Of a stretch of DNA of 64,000 nucleotides, positions 10,940 through 23,464 are shown one piece after another. Under the pieces are notes generated by a model. The model did no database searches. It had not been told where the DNA came from and worked only from the letters and a program-made list of their open reading frames with translations. Numbering within the stretch: position 1 is the first letter of the stretch; the number at the start of each line of letters is the position of its first letter. This DNA is from Mustelus asterias (lineage: Eukaryota): the NCBI RefSeq assembly GCF_964213995.1, contig NC_135808.1:50530001-50594000 (forward strand), read 5' to 3'. A program made the translations under genes and the position numbers.

Positions 10940-13360
10940 ATGAGAGTTTGAAAGGATCAAAGTGAGTTGGAGAGGTGGAGGGGGTTATGGAGGGAATTCC
11001 AGAGCTTGGAACCCAGGCAGCTGAAGGCTTGGCCACCAATGGTGGAGACATTGGGCCTGATTTTACCATTTTCATTCCAAGTGCCGAATCTGGGCGCAAT
11101 TCAGATCCGACTGAGAAATCTGCTTTCAGGCACCCCCCATACGCACCCAGCTTGAAAAAAAAAACCGCGGGTCTCATTCGCGGTGTGGGCGGGGCTTAGC
11201 GCGCGCGAAACGATCGGAGCTCTGAACTGCGCATGCGCAGTTGGAAACAAATGTGAAAAAGTGTGCCCAAGTCAGATCGCTCCCGGACCGCAGAAAGCGG
11301 AGAAAGTGGCTCGGGAGCGAAAAGCGGGAGCGTTGGCCCCCACAGACATCACTGTCCCCCTTATCAACCCCCCAACCCCCCGCTACCTAGACCGATCGCG
11401 ACTCCTGCCCCCTTCTCCACCCCCCCTCCCCGGCCCCCACCGATCACCCGCAGAGTGGCAGCGGACTCCCCTGTCCCCCTCCCCCGCCCCACCAGTGATC
11501 CATCTGCGCCCCCCCTGACCAGTGCCCCCCCCGACCAGTGAGCGATCGGGCCTCCCACCCCCCCCTTCACCAGAGATACATCTTACCCGCCTCCCTCCTC
11601 CGCCCCCCACCTCAGAGAAGGATCGGGCCTCACTCCCCCCACCCAGAGGAACATCTGACCCGCATCCTCCTCCCTCCCCACCAGACAACGATCAGCCCTC
11701 CCCGCCCTCCCCACCACCGGACAATGATCGGGCCTCCCTCCCCCCCCCTCCCCATCTCCCCACCAGAGATACATCTGACCCGCCTCCTCCTCCTTCCCCC
11801 CCCCAAACCAGACAACGATCGGGCCTCCCTCCCCCCCACCCTGCCCCCCACTCCCCACCAGAGATACATCTGACCCATGTCCTCCTCCTGCCCCCCCCCT
11901 CCCCACCCCCCACCCCCAACCAGACAACGATCTGGCCTCACTCCCCTCCCCCCACCCCCCCAACCAGAGAATGTTCTGACCTGCCTCCCTCCTCCCCCCC
12001 ACCACCGATCTGAGTCAGGGAGCCGCTGGAAGCTCTGAACTCGCTCTTCAGCAGCTGGAGCGCCCGATTCAGACTTTTATTCAGCATGTCCGTTTCGGCG
12101 CGATTCCGGATCAGCGAACGTGGCGGTAAAGGGGGAAATGCTGATAAAGGTGGGCGGGCAGTTCATTAATTCAATTGAAATACATGCAAATACATTTAAA
12201 TCACCGTTGCGCCCATTTTGGGTGCGAAGCGGATCGCCGCCATTCCCGCGTTTCGGTAAAGTAGCCATCTGCGCGGGCGCGGGCGCAGATCGCGTTAATG
12301 GCCTCACACCCGACTTTACCACGTTCCCCACCCAAAAACGGGCGCGACGCAATGGTAAAATAGGGCCCATTATGATCAGGAATGTACAAGAGGCCAGGAT
12401 TAGAGGAACACAGATATCTCGGAGGGTTGTGGGGCTAGAGGAGATTCCAGAGAGAGGGAGGGGGTGAGGACATGGAGGGATTTGAAAACAAGGATGAGAA
12501 CTATAAAATCAAGACATTGCTTGATCAGGAGCCAGTGTAGGCCAGTGAGCACAGGGGGTGATAGGGGAACGGGACTTGGTGTGAGTTCAGACTGGGACAG
12601 CAGAGTTTGGGATGAGCTGATGTGTGCGGAGGGTGGAATGTGGGAGAGCAGCAAGGAGTGTATTGGGATAGTCACGTCTAGAGGAACAAAGGCATGGATG
12701 AAGCTTTCAGCAGCAGATGGACTGAGAACAGCAGGTAGCTCTCATGGACAAGATGAGCTCAGAGAAGTCACGAGTGGGGGATCGGAGAGAAACTAGAGAA
12801 AGATGTGAGTTCAGGGCTCGGGCGGGGGGGGGAGAATTAGAGGATGTTTGTCCAGATGGTTAGAGGAAGGAAGGGACGTGGCAGAGGCAGCTGATTGGAT
12901 TGTCTCAATCTTAGTCACAAAGACCTCGGTGAGATCCTCACACTTGTTGCTGGAGGTGAGGGGGGAGGGGACAGGGGAGAGGGGTTTAAGAAGTTGGTCT
13001 GCAGTTGGGTAAAGAAGCCGGAGCTTATCTTCTCATTCCAGGATGATCCTGGAATAGTCAGCAGTTTTAGCAGATGAGAGTAGGAGCCGGAAGTGTTTGA
13101 AGTGCTCCAGCCAGATCAGCCAGTGGATGGATAAACCAGTTGTCCACCAGATCCTTTCAAGTCTGTGTCCCTGGGATGAAGTGAGTGGAGATGAGGCCGG
13201 AGCAGGGGGAACGGCCGGGGGGAGAGGGAATCATGGTTTTATTGGGGATTAGGATATCAAAGGTGGGGGTGAGGGGGAGCCAATCAGTCGCTGCAGAAAT
13301 GTTGTGGTGATCGGAGGGCCAGAGACGAGATAGTTGGGATTTGGAAAGTGCGGTTGTAAG
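10940..13360 (-). mobile_element. Degenerate L2 LINE, interrupted by a TIR element
   Basis: PVLTGLHWLLIKQCLDFIVLILVFKSLH is the typical L2 ORF2 C-terminal motif. Confidence 0.65.
11053..12368. mobile_element. Non-autonomous PIF/Harbinger-like DNA transposon with an internal C-rich tandem repeat
   Basis: TIRs GGGCCTGATTTTACCATT / AATGGTAAAATAGGGCCC (16/18); 3-bp TSD ATT at 11050-11052 and 12369-12371. Confidence 0.8.
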
Positions 13361-13799
13361 TGAATGGACACAGCTGGAAGAGTTGGGTGAGGGGAAACAA
13401 AGGGGTTGCCTCCCCACAGAGCTGGTCTGAGAATCAACTGGCTTCTGGTAAAATGAAATTTACGATAGATGGGAATTGGAAAGTGCGGTTGTCAGTGGAT
13501 TGGGGAATAGGTTTTTGCAGGGATGGATACAGAAGGGGGTAGGGTTGGAGGTGTGGATGGAGGATGTGGCTGGGGAGTGATACAAGGAAGTGATCAGAGA
13601 TGGTCTGATCTCTGATTGAAACTATGGGAGCAGTGAGACCACGTGAGATTGTTAAGGTCAAGGGGGAGGTGGTGAATATGGGGTGGAGAATTGTGATTGT
13701 GATGGTTTGATCCCAGCAACTTTCAGTTTCTTTTCTGTTTTCAATCTTGTCACTCAAGAGATCCCAGATCAAACTGATCATTTTCAAATGAATGATCAT

Positions 13800-13930
13800 T
13801 GGCTTTGAATCCAATCTTCTGCTGATGTGTCATTGATTGACAGGCCAAGCAGCCAATCAGGACAATCTCTTGGTGAAATGCAGCCAATCAGCTGATGGGG
13901 AGGTGGGACATTTCCAAAGCACTCACCAGA
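13800..13930 (-). promoter_or_regulatory. Candidate 3' enhancer of cluster 1
   Basis: TGATTGACAG 13834-13843, three CCAAT boxes, CAGCTG, kB-like GGGACATTTCC 13905-13915; kept in the other arm. Confidence 0.45.
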
Positions 13931-14035
13931 CAGAAACTGAATATTCTTAATGTTTATTACCTTTTACACATTGACATTGACAGAAAAAACAGCCCAGCCA
14001 GAGGAAGCTGGAGAAATTCACAGGGAGAATGGAGG

Positions 14036-14041
14036 TTTATT
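14036..14041 (-). terminator. Polyadenylation signal of C1 (second signal at 13953-13958)
   Basis: AATAAA on the minus strand ~490 bp after the C stop; mirrored at 61542-61547. Confidence 0.65.
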
Positions 14042-14234
14042 AAAACACTTGTGGAGATTTTCTCAATAACATGAGAATCCTGTCCCTTTAAACAGTGACT
14101 AAAGCTTCAATTGTAACTGCAGGGTGAGCAGGAAGGAGGTCTGGTTTACTGAAGCAGACACTTCACAGGGTCACATTATTATTGTACAGCTGACACTCTT
14201 CAGCATCTTCCAGAGGTTATACTTGTTATCACGA

Positions 14235-14380
14235 GTCTACACTGTCAGGACAGGAACAGCACGGGGTTAGATATAGAGTAAAGCTGCCTCTGCACGGTCC
14301 ACATCAAATACTCCCAGGACAGGAACCGCACAGGGTTAGATACAGTGTAAAGCTCCCTCTACACTATCCCAATAACGTGC
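14235..14380. repeat. About two degenerate units of a ~68-bp tandem repeat in the C 3' UTR
   Basis: GGACAGGAACAGCACGGGGTTAGATATAGAGTAAAGCT...ATCAAATACTCCCA; mirrored at 61200-61350. Confidence 0.7.
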
Positions 14381-14526
14381 TTTAACTCCTGACCCTCAGA
14401 AGTGTCTCAGACTCAGTCCCGAGAATGACGAGAGTTGTAATTCAGTGCTGACAATGACCTTTGCCCTCCCAGCTCACCCCTGTTCTATTCCAAGTTGTGT
14501 CTCCTCTGTGGACTGTCTCTAACACT

Positions 14527-14855
14527 CTAGGCACATTCTGATCTCCTGACGCTCTTGCTGAGGGGAGAGGAGAGGCTCACGTGGGTGAGGGCACAGGAGA
14601 AGCGGGCGTTGGACTCCCAGTCGGAGCCAGAGAGGGTCAGCAGGCTGCTGACGCTGTAGGTGTTGTCTGAAGCTCGCAGGTAGTTGCTGGTCTGAATCCC
14701 GTTGGAAATGGCTGCACCATCCTTCTTCCACTTCACCTCCACCTCATCGGGATAGAAGTGATTGGCAAGGCACACCAGGGTGGCAGTGCCCTTGGTCTTG
14801 ACCTCCTCCGGGGAGGGGGGCAGCAGGGTCAGCGTGGGTTGTGAATTCTCACGGG
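14527..14855 (-). CDS. IGKC: Ig kappa-type light chain constant exon C1
   Basis: tttcag|CC CGT acceptor; RENSQPTLTLLPPSPEEVKTKGTATLVCLANHFYP...WKKDG...FSCALTH...RSECA*; 329 nt, intact. Confidence 0.97.
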
Positions 14856-15212
14856 CTGAAAGAGAAGAGAAGGAATTTTAATCACTGCCATTTTCAGGCT
14901 TTCAACTTCCCGAATATAAACTGGGATCAAATCAGTGTCAATGTTTCAACATTGCACAATTCCGAAAATCCATTCCGGGGGAACTTTTTTAACCAGCACG
15001 GAACAATCCCAACAAGAGAAGGGGCAGTTTTGGGCAGTTTTAGCGAATGAATCTGGGCAGTGGAAGGTGTATCAGTGGGAGAGCATTTGGGTAATAGTGA
15101 TTATAATACAGTTAGATTTAGAGTCGTTATGGAAAAGGGGAAAGAGCGATTGAGAGTAAACATTGTAAATTGTGAAAAGGCCAATTTCACGAAACTGGGA
15201 TTTGCCAAAATG

Positions 15213-15588
15213 ATAGCCAGGTTCCGCACGCATGGGGACGGCCTCAACCGGGAACTTGGGTTCATGTCACACTATCTGTAACCCCCACAACCTGCCTGGA
15301 TGTGCAAAATCTCACTCGCTGTCCTGTCTGGGGACAATACACATCTCTTTAACCTGTGCTTAATGCTCCCTCCACTCACATTGTCTGTACCTTTAAGACT
15401 TGATTAGCTGTAAAGACTCACATTCCAATCATTATTCATGTAAATTGAGTTTGTGTCTTTGTGTCCTGTTTGTGATCACAACTCCTACCCACCTGACGAA
15501 GGAACAGCCTGTTCTGAAAGCTAGTGGCTTTTGCTACCAAATGAACCTGTTGGACTTTAACATGGTGTTGTGAGACATCTTACTGTAA
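15213..15588 (+). mobile_element. Penelope-like element 3' fragment with 11-bp TSD, left arm only
   Basis: GIY-YIG tail ...FRTHGDGLNRELGFMSHY; TTGCCAAAATG at 15202-15212 and 15589-15599; empty site near 60375 in the right arm. Confidence 0.8.
15489..15527 (+). ncRNA. Minimal hammerhead ribozyme-like motif of a Penelope element
   Basis: CCAC-CTGACGA-A-(GGAACA gcc TGTTCT)-GAAA-GC-TA-GTGG. Confidence 0.5.
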
Positions 15589-17409
15589 TTGCCAAAATGG
15601 ACAGGAAACAGCGACTTGAAGGTAAATCAGTGTCAGAGCAGTGGGAGGATATTGGAGCTGGAGATGGAGTTCAGGACAAATATGTTCATCAAGCAATAGC
15701 GTGGGACATTGCAAGGAGGATAACTAAGGATTAAATCGGGCTGATGAGAGAGCAAAAAGATAACTTGTGTGTGGAGGGAGAAGACACGGTGATGGTTCTT
15801 AATGAATAATTTACATCAGATATCACAAATGGGAGGGACAAAGTTGACATTGTAGTTCAGGAGGAGAGGGATTGTGAAATAATTAATGGGATAATGATAG
15901 TGAGAGAGGAGATACTAATGTGCTTATCATCTTTGAAAGTGGAGAAATTCCCAGGCCCGGGTGAAATGTATCCCAGGATGCGAAGGGAAGCACGGGAAGA
16001 AAAAGCAGAGACTCTGACCATTATTTCCCAATCCTCTCTGGCTACAGGTGTGGTGTGGGAGGACTGGAGGACGGATAATGCTGTTTAAAATTAAAAGCTG
16101 ATGGGATCCAAGGGATGGATTTTTGGAGGGCCGAAGGGCCTGTTTCCTGTGCTGTACTGGAAAGTGGCAAGTTGGATTTCAAGTTAGTTCAGGGTAAAGG
16201 TTTGATTTGAAGCTGGTTCAATCATTTTGCAATGTAACTAAAACATCTGTAAAGAAGATTACTACAAATTCAGCACTGAAATGGTTAATAGTGAGAGTAT
16301 TTAAAGACAGAGTGTCCCTTTAAGAGACTGTTAACCAGTCAGGAAGCTGGAACTATTGTTCAGTCTGTCTGGGGGATACAGGTTGAGCATCAACAAACCT
16401 CAGATCACACACAGATCAGGAGAACTTTATCCCAGAACATTGCAGCAGACTTGGATCAACACACTTCACACAGCATTCTGATTGGCTGTCAGTGTAGAAG
16501 CTTCTAAATTTCATTTCAAACCTTACTGCCCAGCACTTGGCTGAGGTCAAGGGTGAGGTTAGAATTAGTCTCAGTGTCCAGGAGTCAGACAGGGTCACTG
16601 CTCCGAATGACCCCATGAACTCTGGAGGGTGTGAGTGTGTGGATAATGAGTGAGGGTTAGGATCAGGAATCTCCAACCTCAAAGACAGAATTACATTTCT
16701 ATAGCACCTGTCACCACCTCAGAATGTCCCAAAGTGTTTTACAGCTCATTGTGCACAGCAAGATCCCAGGGAGCAGAGTGAGAATGAACAGATAAGCAGA
16801 TTTGTAGTGATGTTGATTGAGGGATAAATATTGACCAGTACACTGGGGAGAACTCCCTGATCTTCTTCCAATGGTACCATGGAATCTTTCACACCCCCTG
16901 AGAGGACAGATATCAGATTGTCTCATCTGAAAGACGGCACCTCTGACAGTGCAGCACTCGCTCAATACTGCACTGGATCTCAGCCTGGATGATGTGGGAT
17001 TTGAGGTATCAGTCTGTTTCTGTGGATTCTCTGCTGCTTTCAGTTGAATGAAGAGTGCAGGAGGACATGCCAGGAGCAACAGCAGACATACTGAAAAATG
17101 AGGAATGAGGCCACTTGGGGAGGGTGGAGCTGTTCCCCAGCCAGAGAGAGTGTCTTCAGGAGAGAGATGGAGAGCAGATTATGGGAGGCCTGTAGTCTAG
17201 AGGGGGGACATTTAACCAGTCGCTGACAGGTGCTGAGCCCTTTCCCCATGAGGATTTGGAAGTGGATGCGGAAAGTGGGAGGTGAACTAGAGAAATGTCT
17301 TTGTTGCTGCTGAAACTCTTGCTATCTGCTCAGTCACATCTAATAAACACACAGACAAATCAGACAAACATCAGTCTGTTTCTGTGGATTCTCTGCTGCT
17401 TTCAGTTCA

Positions 17410-18250
17410 ATGAAGAGTGCAGGAGGACATGGCAGGAGCAACAGGAGACATACTGAAAAATGAGGTGTTAACCTGGTGAAGCTACAACACAGGACTGTGT
17501 GTCAAACAGCAGAAGCAGCAAGTGATAGACAGAGCTAAACCATCCCACAACCAATGGATCAGATCAAAACTCTACAGTCCTGCCACATCCAGCCGTGAAT
17601 GGTGGTGGACAATTAAACAACTCACTGGAGGAGGAGCTCCACAAATATCCCCATCCTCAATGACGGAGGAACCCAGAACATCAGTGCAAAAGATAAGGCT
17701 GAAGCACTTGCAGCAATCTTCAGCCAGAAGTGCCACGTGGATGATCCATCTCGACCTCCTCTGGAGGTCCTGAAGACGTGTGCTCCAGAACTTCCAGCGT
17801 CCCTAGCCAAGCTGTTCCAGTACATCTACAACACTGGCATCAACCCAACATTGTGATAAATTACCCGGTTATGAACTGTGCACAAAAACCAGGACAAATC
17901 CAATCCGCACAATAACCGCCCCATCAGTCTACTCTCGATCATCAGCAATGTGATCTGAACATATCCAGAGCGATTACCAAGCAGCACTTACTCAGCAATA
18001 ATCTGCTCACTGACACTCAGTTTGGGTTCCGCCAGGGTCACTCAGCTCCTGACCTCATTACAGCCTTGGTTCAAACATGGACAAAAGAGCTGAACTCCAG
18101 AGGTGAGGTGAGAGTGACTGCCCTTGACACCAAGGCAGCATTTGACCGAGTGTGGCATCAAGGATCCCTCGCAAAACTGGAGCCCATGGGAATCAGGGGA
18201 AAACTCTCCGCTCTTTGGAGTTATACCCAGCACAATGGAAGATGGTTGTT
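17410..18250 (+). mobile_element. Non-LTR retrotransposon ORF2 fragment in the J-C intron
   Basis: VQTWTKELNSRGEVRVTALDTKAAFDRVWH RT motif. Confidence 0.8.
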
Positions 18251-20730
18251 GTTTGGGGTTTTACTCTACAATCTATATTAATGAGCTGGATGAAGGGAAT
18301 GAGAGGAATGTCACTAAACGTGCTGATGATAAAATGAAAAGTAGAAATACAAGTTGTGAGGAGGATGCAGCATCTGAAAAGGGATAGAGATAGGTTCAGT
18401 GAGTGGGAAAACATTGACAGATGGAGTATAATGTGGGAAAATGTGAGGTTGTCCACTTTGGCAGGAGGATAGAGCAGAATACTAGTAAACTGGAGAGATT
18501 CTATCGAGTGATCTGGATGTCTTTCCATCCAGGAACAGCAATAAATTAGGAAGACAAATGGAATGTTGCTCTTCATTGCAATGAGGATGAGTATAAAAGT
18601 AGGGATGTTTTGCTGCAGCTGTACAGCACCTTGAGAAAATCACACCTGGAATATTGTGGACACTTTTGGTCTCCATACTTAAGGAAGGATATAGTAGCAT
18701 TGGAAAGAGTTCAGAGAAGGTTCACGAGGCTGATTCCACTGAGTAATGGATTGTCTTATGAGGAAAGCTTGAGCAGGTTGGGCCGATACTCATTGGAGTA
18801 GAACTTATTCCACCACCTCAGCACCAACTTCACCAGGGCAATTAGGGATGGGTGATAAGTGCAGGTCTTGCATAGAATCACAGAAAATAGGAACAGGAGG
18901 AGGCCATTCGGCCCTTTGAGCCTGCTCCACTATTCATCATGATCATTTCTGATCATCCAATCAGTAGCCAGATCCTGTCTTCCCCCGCAAATTCTTCGAT
19001 CCCATTCACCCCAAGAGTTAAATCTAACTCCTTCTTGAAAACGTACAATATTTTGGCCTCAACTGCTTTCTGTGGTAGTGAATTCCACAGGTTTACGCCT
19101 CTCTGGGTGAAGGAATTTCTCCTCACCTCAGTCCTAAAAGGTTTACCCCATATTCTCAGACTATGACGCCTCAAACTGGACGCTCCCAGCACTGGGAACA
19201 TGCTTCCTGTATCTACCCTGTCTAGTCCTGTTGGAATTTTATAGATTTTTATACGATTCTCCCCTCATTCTTCTGAACTGCAGTGGGGGCAGCACGGTGG
19301 CACAGTGGTTAGCACTGCTGCCTCACAGTGCCAGGGGGCTAGGTTCGATTCCCGTCTTGGGTCACTGTCTGTGTGGAGTTTGCACATTCTCCCCATGTCT
19401 GTGTGGGTTTCCTCCAGGTGTTAAGGTTTCCTCCCACAGTCCAAAAGGTGTGCAGGTTAGGTGAATTGGCCAAGCTAAAGTCTCCCTCAGTATACCCGAA
19501 CAGGCGCCAGAATGTGGCCACATGGGGATTTTCACAGTGACTTCATTGCAGTGTAAATGTAAGCCTATTTGTGACTCATAAATAAACTTTAAAAAAAATA
19601 TAATCTTAACCAACACAATCTCTCCTCCTACATCAATCCCACTATCGCAGAAATCATTCCAGTAAACCTTTGCTGCACTCCCTCTGTCGCAAAAACATCC
19701 TTCCTCAGATAAGGAGAGTAAAACTGTACACATCATTCCCAGTGTGGCCTCACCAAGGCCCTGTATAACTGCAGAAAGACAGAATTACGAGGGACAGAGA
19801 TAGGGTAGATATGAGGAAACCTTTCCCCTTAATCACAGAGGCAGCAGATTTTGAGGGACTTGAGGGAAATCTTTTCACCCAGAGGGTGCTGGGAATCTGG
19901 ATCTCACTGCCTGAAAGGGTGGTGGAGGTGGGAGCACTCACAACATTTAAGAAACATTTAGATGAGCGCTTGAAATTCCAAAGCATACAAGGCAACGGAC
20001 CAAATGCTGGAGAATGGGATTGGAATAGATAGGTGCTTGGTGGCCGGCACAGACATGGACAATAGAATCCCTGAAGTGCAGGCGGAGGCCATTCGGCCCA
20101 TCGAGTCTGCATCAACTCTTACCCCATAACCCCATGTATTTACCTCACTAATCCCCCTCACCTGTTAGGTCTCCATGAGTTGCCTCTGAACTCCAGTGAA
20201 TACAAGTCTTAACCAACTCAATGTCTCCTCATACATCAGTCCCATTATAACAGGAATCAGTCTGGGATACCTTCTCTGCACTCCCTCTGGAGCAAATATA
20301 TCCTTCCTGAGATAGGGAGACCGAAACTGCGCACAATATTCCCAGTGCGGCCTCACCAAGGACCTGTATAACTGCAGCAGGTCAGAATTATGAAGACATA
20401 GAGCAGATACGAAGAAACTTTTCCCCTTTTAGCAGCAGATTCAAAAACCAGGGAGCATAGATTTAATCTCAGAGGCAGAAGATTTTGAGGGATTGGAGGA
20501 AAAACTTTTTCACTCAGAGGCTGTTGGGAATCTGGAACTCACTGCCTGAAACAATGGTAGATACAGGAACCCTCACAACATTTAAGAAGTATTTAGATGA
20601 GCATTTGAAATTCCAAACCATACAAGGCTATGAACCAAGTGCTGGAAAATGGGATTAGAATAGTTGGGTGCTTAATGGCCGGCAGAGACAGGATGGGCTG
20701 AAGGGCCTCTTTCTGTGCAGTAAATTTCTA
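18250..20730. mobile_element. Stacked CR1 fragments on both strands plus an HE1 SINE at 19287-19590
   Basis: HLEYC..FWSPYLRKD and FTQRGVNLWNSLP motifs; SINE core. Confidence 0.8.
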
Positions 20731-21159
20731 TGAGACGATGACTGAGCCAAGATGGCCGAGAATGTAAAGTGACCAGCTTCTGGAAAATTCCGATGTGGGT
20801 TATATTTGACTGATTGTCCTGAGAGAAGATGGAATGTCACACCTGAAAGATGTCAGGGATTTCATCAAACAGGAAATAGAAATGGAGATAGAAAAAATGT
20901 CTCAGACTAAACTTTAATCTCCTTTTGTTACGGAAACAATGGAGACTGATTGTCACATCTCAGCAGACATTCAAAACCCATCTGCTGTTGAGTTATACCT
21001 CAGAATGTGGAAATGGTCTGAGTTCAAAGTAAACTGACTCGAGGGTGAAAGACATGTTTGTTTGTTACCTTTCAGGAAACAACAGGGAAATGGGTTAAAA
21101 ATCCAACTGCACACCTGAGCTCTGTGTACTGGTGCGGGTGTGACAGAATGTGAGTTGAG

Positions 21160-21380
21160 ACATTCCTCCGGATGGTCCAGTTTCCTCCCACAGTCCAAAG
21201 ATCTGCAGGTTAGATGGATTGGCCATGCTAAATTACCCCTAGTGTGTTCTTTTGGTGGATTAGCAATGGTAAATGCGCAGGGTTACAGGGATAGGGTGGG
21301 GAGCCTGGGTAAGAAGCTCTTTCAGAGAGTTGGTACAGATTCGATGGACTGAATAGCCTCCTTCTGCACTGTAGAGATTC
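21160..21380 (+). mobile_element. 5'-truncated HE1 SINE (mirror at 54910-55245)
   Basis: TTTCCTCCCACAGTCCAAAGAT core and tail. Confidence 0.75.
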
Positions 21381-22210
21381 AAAGGCTAATAAAGGACTAT
21401 GTGGACTGTGTAAGGTTTCCACGGGTGAAGGGATCCATTTTAAATGAACCCTGTTGTGACCAATCGAGTGCAGGGTTCCAGCTGATTACTCCTCACCCAG
21501 GAGCAAAACAAAATTTGGATCCAGTTCAGGAAGTTAACAAATGAGGGACCTTGTCTGAGGACTGGTCACAACATGTACACAGCAAGATCCCACTCACAGC
21601 AATGAGAACAATCAGCATTTTCAGTGATGTTGGATCCGGGATAAATATCGGACTGAACTCGTCCCAAAGAGAAAGGAACTGAGAGTCTCCCCAAAAGCCT
21701 GGAACACTGAAGCCACTGGATTGTGGGCCCTGCTGTAGCTGTTTGTCATCAGAACGTTAGCAAGAGATAAGCAGGGAGTGGAGAGAGCAGAGTGAAAGCT
21801 GGGGGAGGTGGCACCTCGGTGTCTCACTGTGCTGGTGCTGTGATCAGTTATATCAGAGAGTGTGACAGGGAGTCCGACTTCACATCAAACTCTGCCTGTG
21901 TGTGTCACACTGAGACTGACAGGAGTCTAGAGAGTGATTTCACTCCATGCTGCAGGAATGTGAGCACAGTCTGCAAACGTCCAGATCTCCTCCACACGGT
22001 GAGTAAAAGCTGCTTACTTATATCTTGCTGCTTAAAGGGGGGAATGGAAGTAAAGAAATACAGCTGGGCTCCCTGTTCCACACAATGTTCTTCAATCAAC
22101 CATTTCATTGACTGCAGCTTCCTCACCAACACCTTCAACTATTCAGCATTTGTGTTTGAGAAAGTTTCAGCATTGAAAGAGTTAATAACGGAGGATTGGG
22201 CTTTACTTAC

Positions 22211-22245
22211 TCAGTCTGAGTTTGGTTCCTTTACCGAACGTAAGG
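22211..22245 (-). CDS. IGKJ: Ig kappa-type J segment J1 (LTFGKGTKLRL)
   Basis: FGXG motif; A|gtaagt phase-1 donor; preceded by a 23-RSS. Confidence 0.97.
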
Positions 22246-22284
22246 CACACTGACAGCTTCCAGTGCAGGAGCTGTACAAAAACC
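22246..22284 (-). promoter_or_regulatory. 23-RSS of J1
   Basis: GGTTTTTGT - 23 bp - CAGTGTG (heptamer one base off consensus CACTGTG). Confidence 0.95.
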
Positions 22285-22422
22285 TCTGCTCTCTGCCTCA
22301 CTCACTCACTCACTCATCTCTTCTCTCTCACTCTTTCTCTCTCACTCTTTCTCTCTCACTCTTTCTCTCTCTCTGTTTCTCTCTCTCTGTTTCTCTCTCT
22401 CTGTTTCTCTCAATGTCTCAGT
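22285..22422. repeat. CT/GA low-complexity tract
   Basis: TCTC/TCAC repeats; corresponds to the N gap in cluster 2. Confidence 0.85.
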
Positions 22423-22599
22423 GTTTTGTCGGGAGAGTTGAGAATTCTAATTTGAGATGATGAATCTTTCAGCTGCTCTTCATATGTGGACATGGAGAGT
22501 AAGAGGGAAACTCGAGGCCTTCAGCGAGCGGTGGACACCACAGGGACTGGAGTGTGTAGTGGACAGTGCAAATAATTTGTCCAGTTTCCTTTCTTGTCT

Positions 22600-22840
22600 T
22601 TATTATATATTATATAAAACTGTGGGATGTGTCAGTACAGGAGGTGGGACTATGTGTCCATTATTATATATTATATAAAACTGTGGGATGTGTCAGTACA
22701 GGAGGTGGGACTGTGTGTCCATTATTATATATTATATAAAACTGTGGGATGTGTCAGTACAGGAGGTGGGACTGTGTGTCCATTATTATATATTATATAA
22801 AACTGTGGGATGTGTCAGTACAGGAGGTGGTGCTGTGTGT
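22600..22840. repeat. 61-bp minisatellite between V and J, 4 units
   Basis: CAGGAGGTG recurs at 22638, 22699, 22760 and 22821. Confidence 0.95.
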
Positions 22841-22845
22841 GTTGG

Positions 22846-22873
22846 GGTTTTTGTAAGGCTCTGTATCACTGTG
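22846..22873 (-). promoter_or_regulatory. Consensus 12-RSS of V1
   Basis: CACAGTG-ATACAGAGCCTT-ACAAAAACC. Confidence 0.98.
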
Positions 22874-23171
22874 CTGGAGGTGCTGTAACCGTACTGACAG
22901 TAATAATCAGCGACATCCTCATTCTGTACATTGCTGATTGTCAGGGTGTATTGTGTCCCAGATCCACTGCCGGTGAATCGGTCGGATATTCCTGTGAATC
23001 GTGTTGATGCATAGTAGATCAGCAGAGCCGGTTTCTGTCCTTCACGCTGTTGGTACCAACTCACGTAACTGCTAGCAGATTGACTGGCCGTACAGGTGAT
23101 GGTGGCGGTCTGGCCCAGGCTCACTGACAGCACCGGGGGAGACTGGGTCATGATGATGTCTCCATTGATAC
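22874..23171 (-). CDS. IGKV: Ig kappa-type V exon V1, germline and unjoined
   Basis: cctcag|GT acceptor; [23 protein letters not shown]...[15 protein letters not shown]...[14 protein letters not shown]; 12-RSS polarity is kappa-like. Confidence 0.97.
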
Positions 23172-23357
23172 CTGAGGGGTAATAAAGAAACAGAGTGAAG
23201 TAAGAACTGTCACAGAAAGACGCTGTACAATGAGATATTGTTGGAGACACTGACTGTTCCTCCCCTTTCAGCATTTTCCCTTCAATCACAAGTCAGGAGA
23301 ATTGGATTGAAATGGAGAGCAGGAAAATATTCAAGGTGGAAGGAGAGAGATTTGTAC

Positions 23358-23406
23358 CTGCGATGCAGAATGCCAGAGGCCAGAGCAGCTGGATGGCTGA
23401 AATCAT
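23358..23406 (-). CDS. IGKV: Leader exon L1 (MISAIQLLWPLAFCIA-G)
   Basis: CACCATG Kozak context; 49-nt hydrophobic exon; G|gtac donor in phase with the V acceptor. Confidence 0.93.
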
Positions 23407-23464
23407 GGTGTGTGGTCGTGTCCCTGTGCCTGGTTACTGATAAACTCTCCCTTCACTGGGCTCT

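Noticed and set aside
9838-12013. Cys/Val-rich and Pro/Gly-rich ORFs
   Set aside because: Translations of a GT microsatellite and of C-rich repeats inside a transposon
22786-23289. ORF-track 167-aa protein as the real V product
   Set aside because: Its N-terminus is intron and its C-terminus runs through the RSS; the true structure is a spliced leader plus V exon
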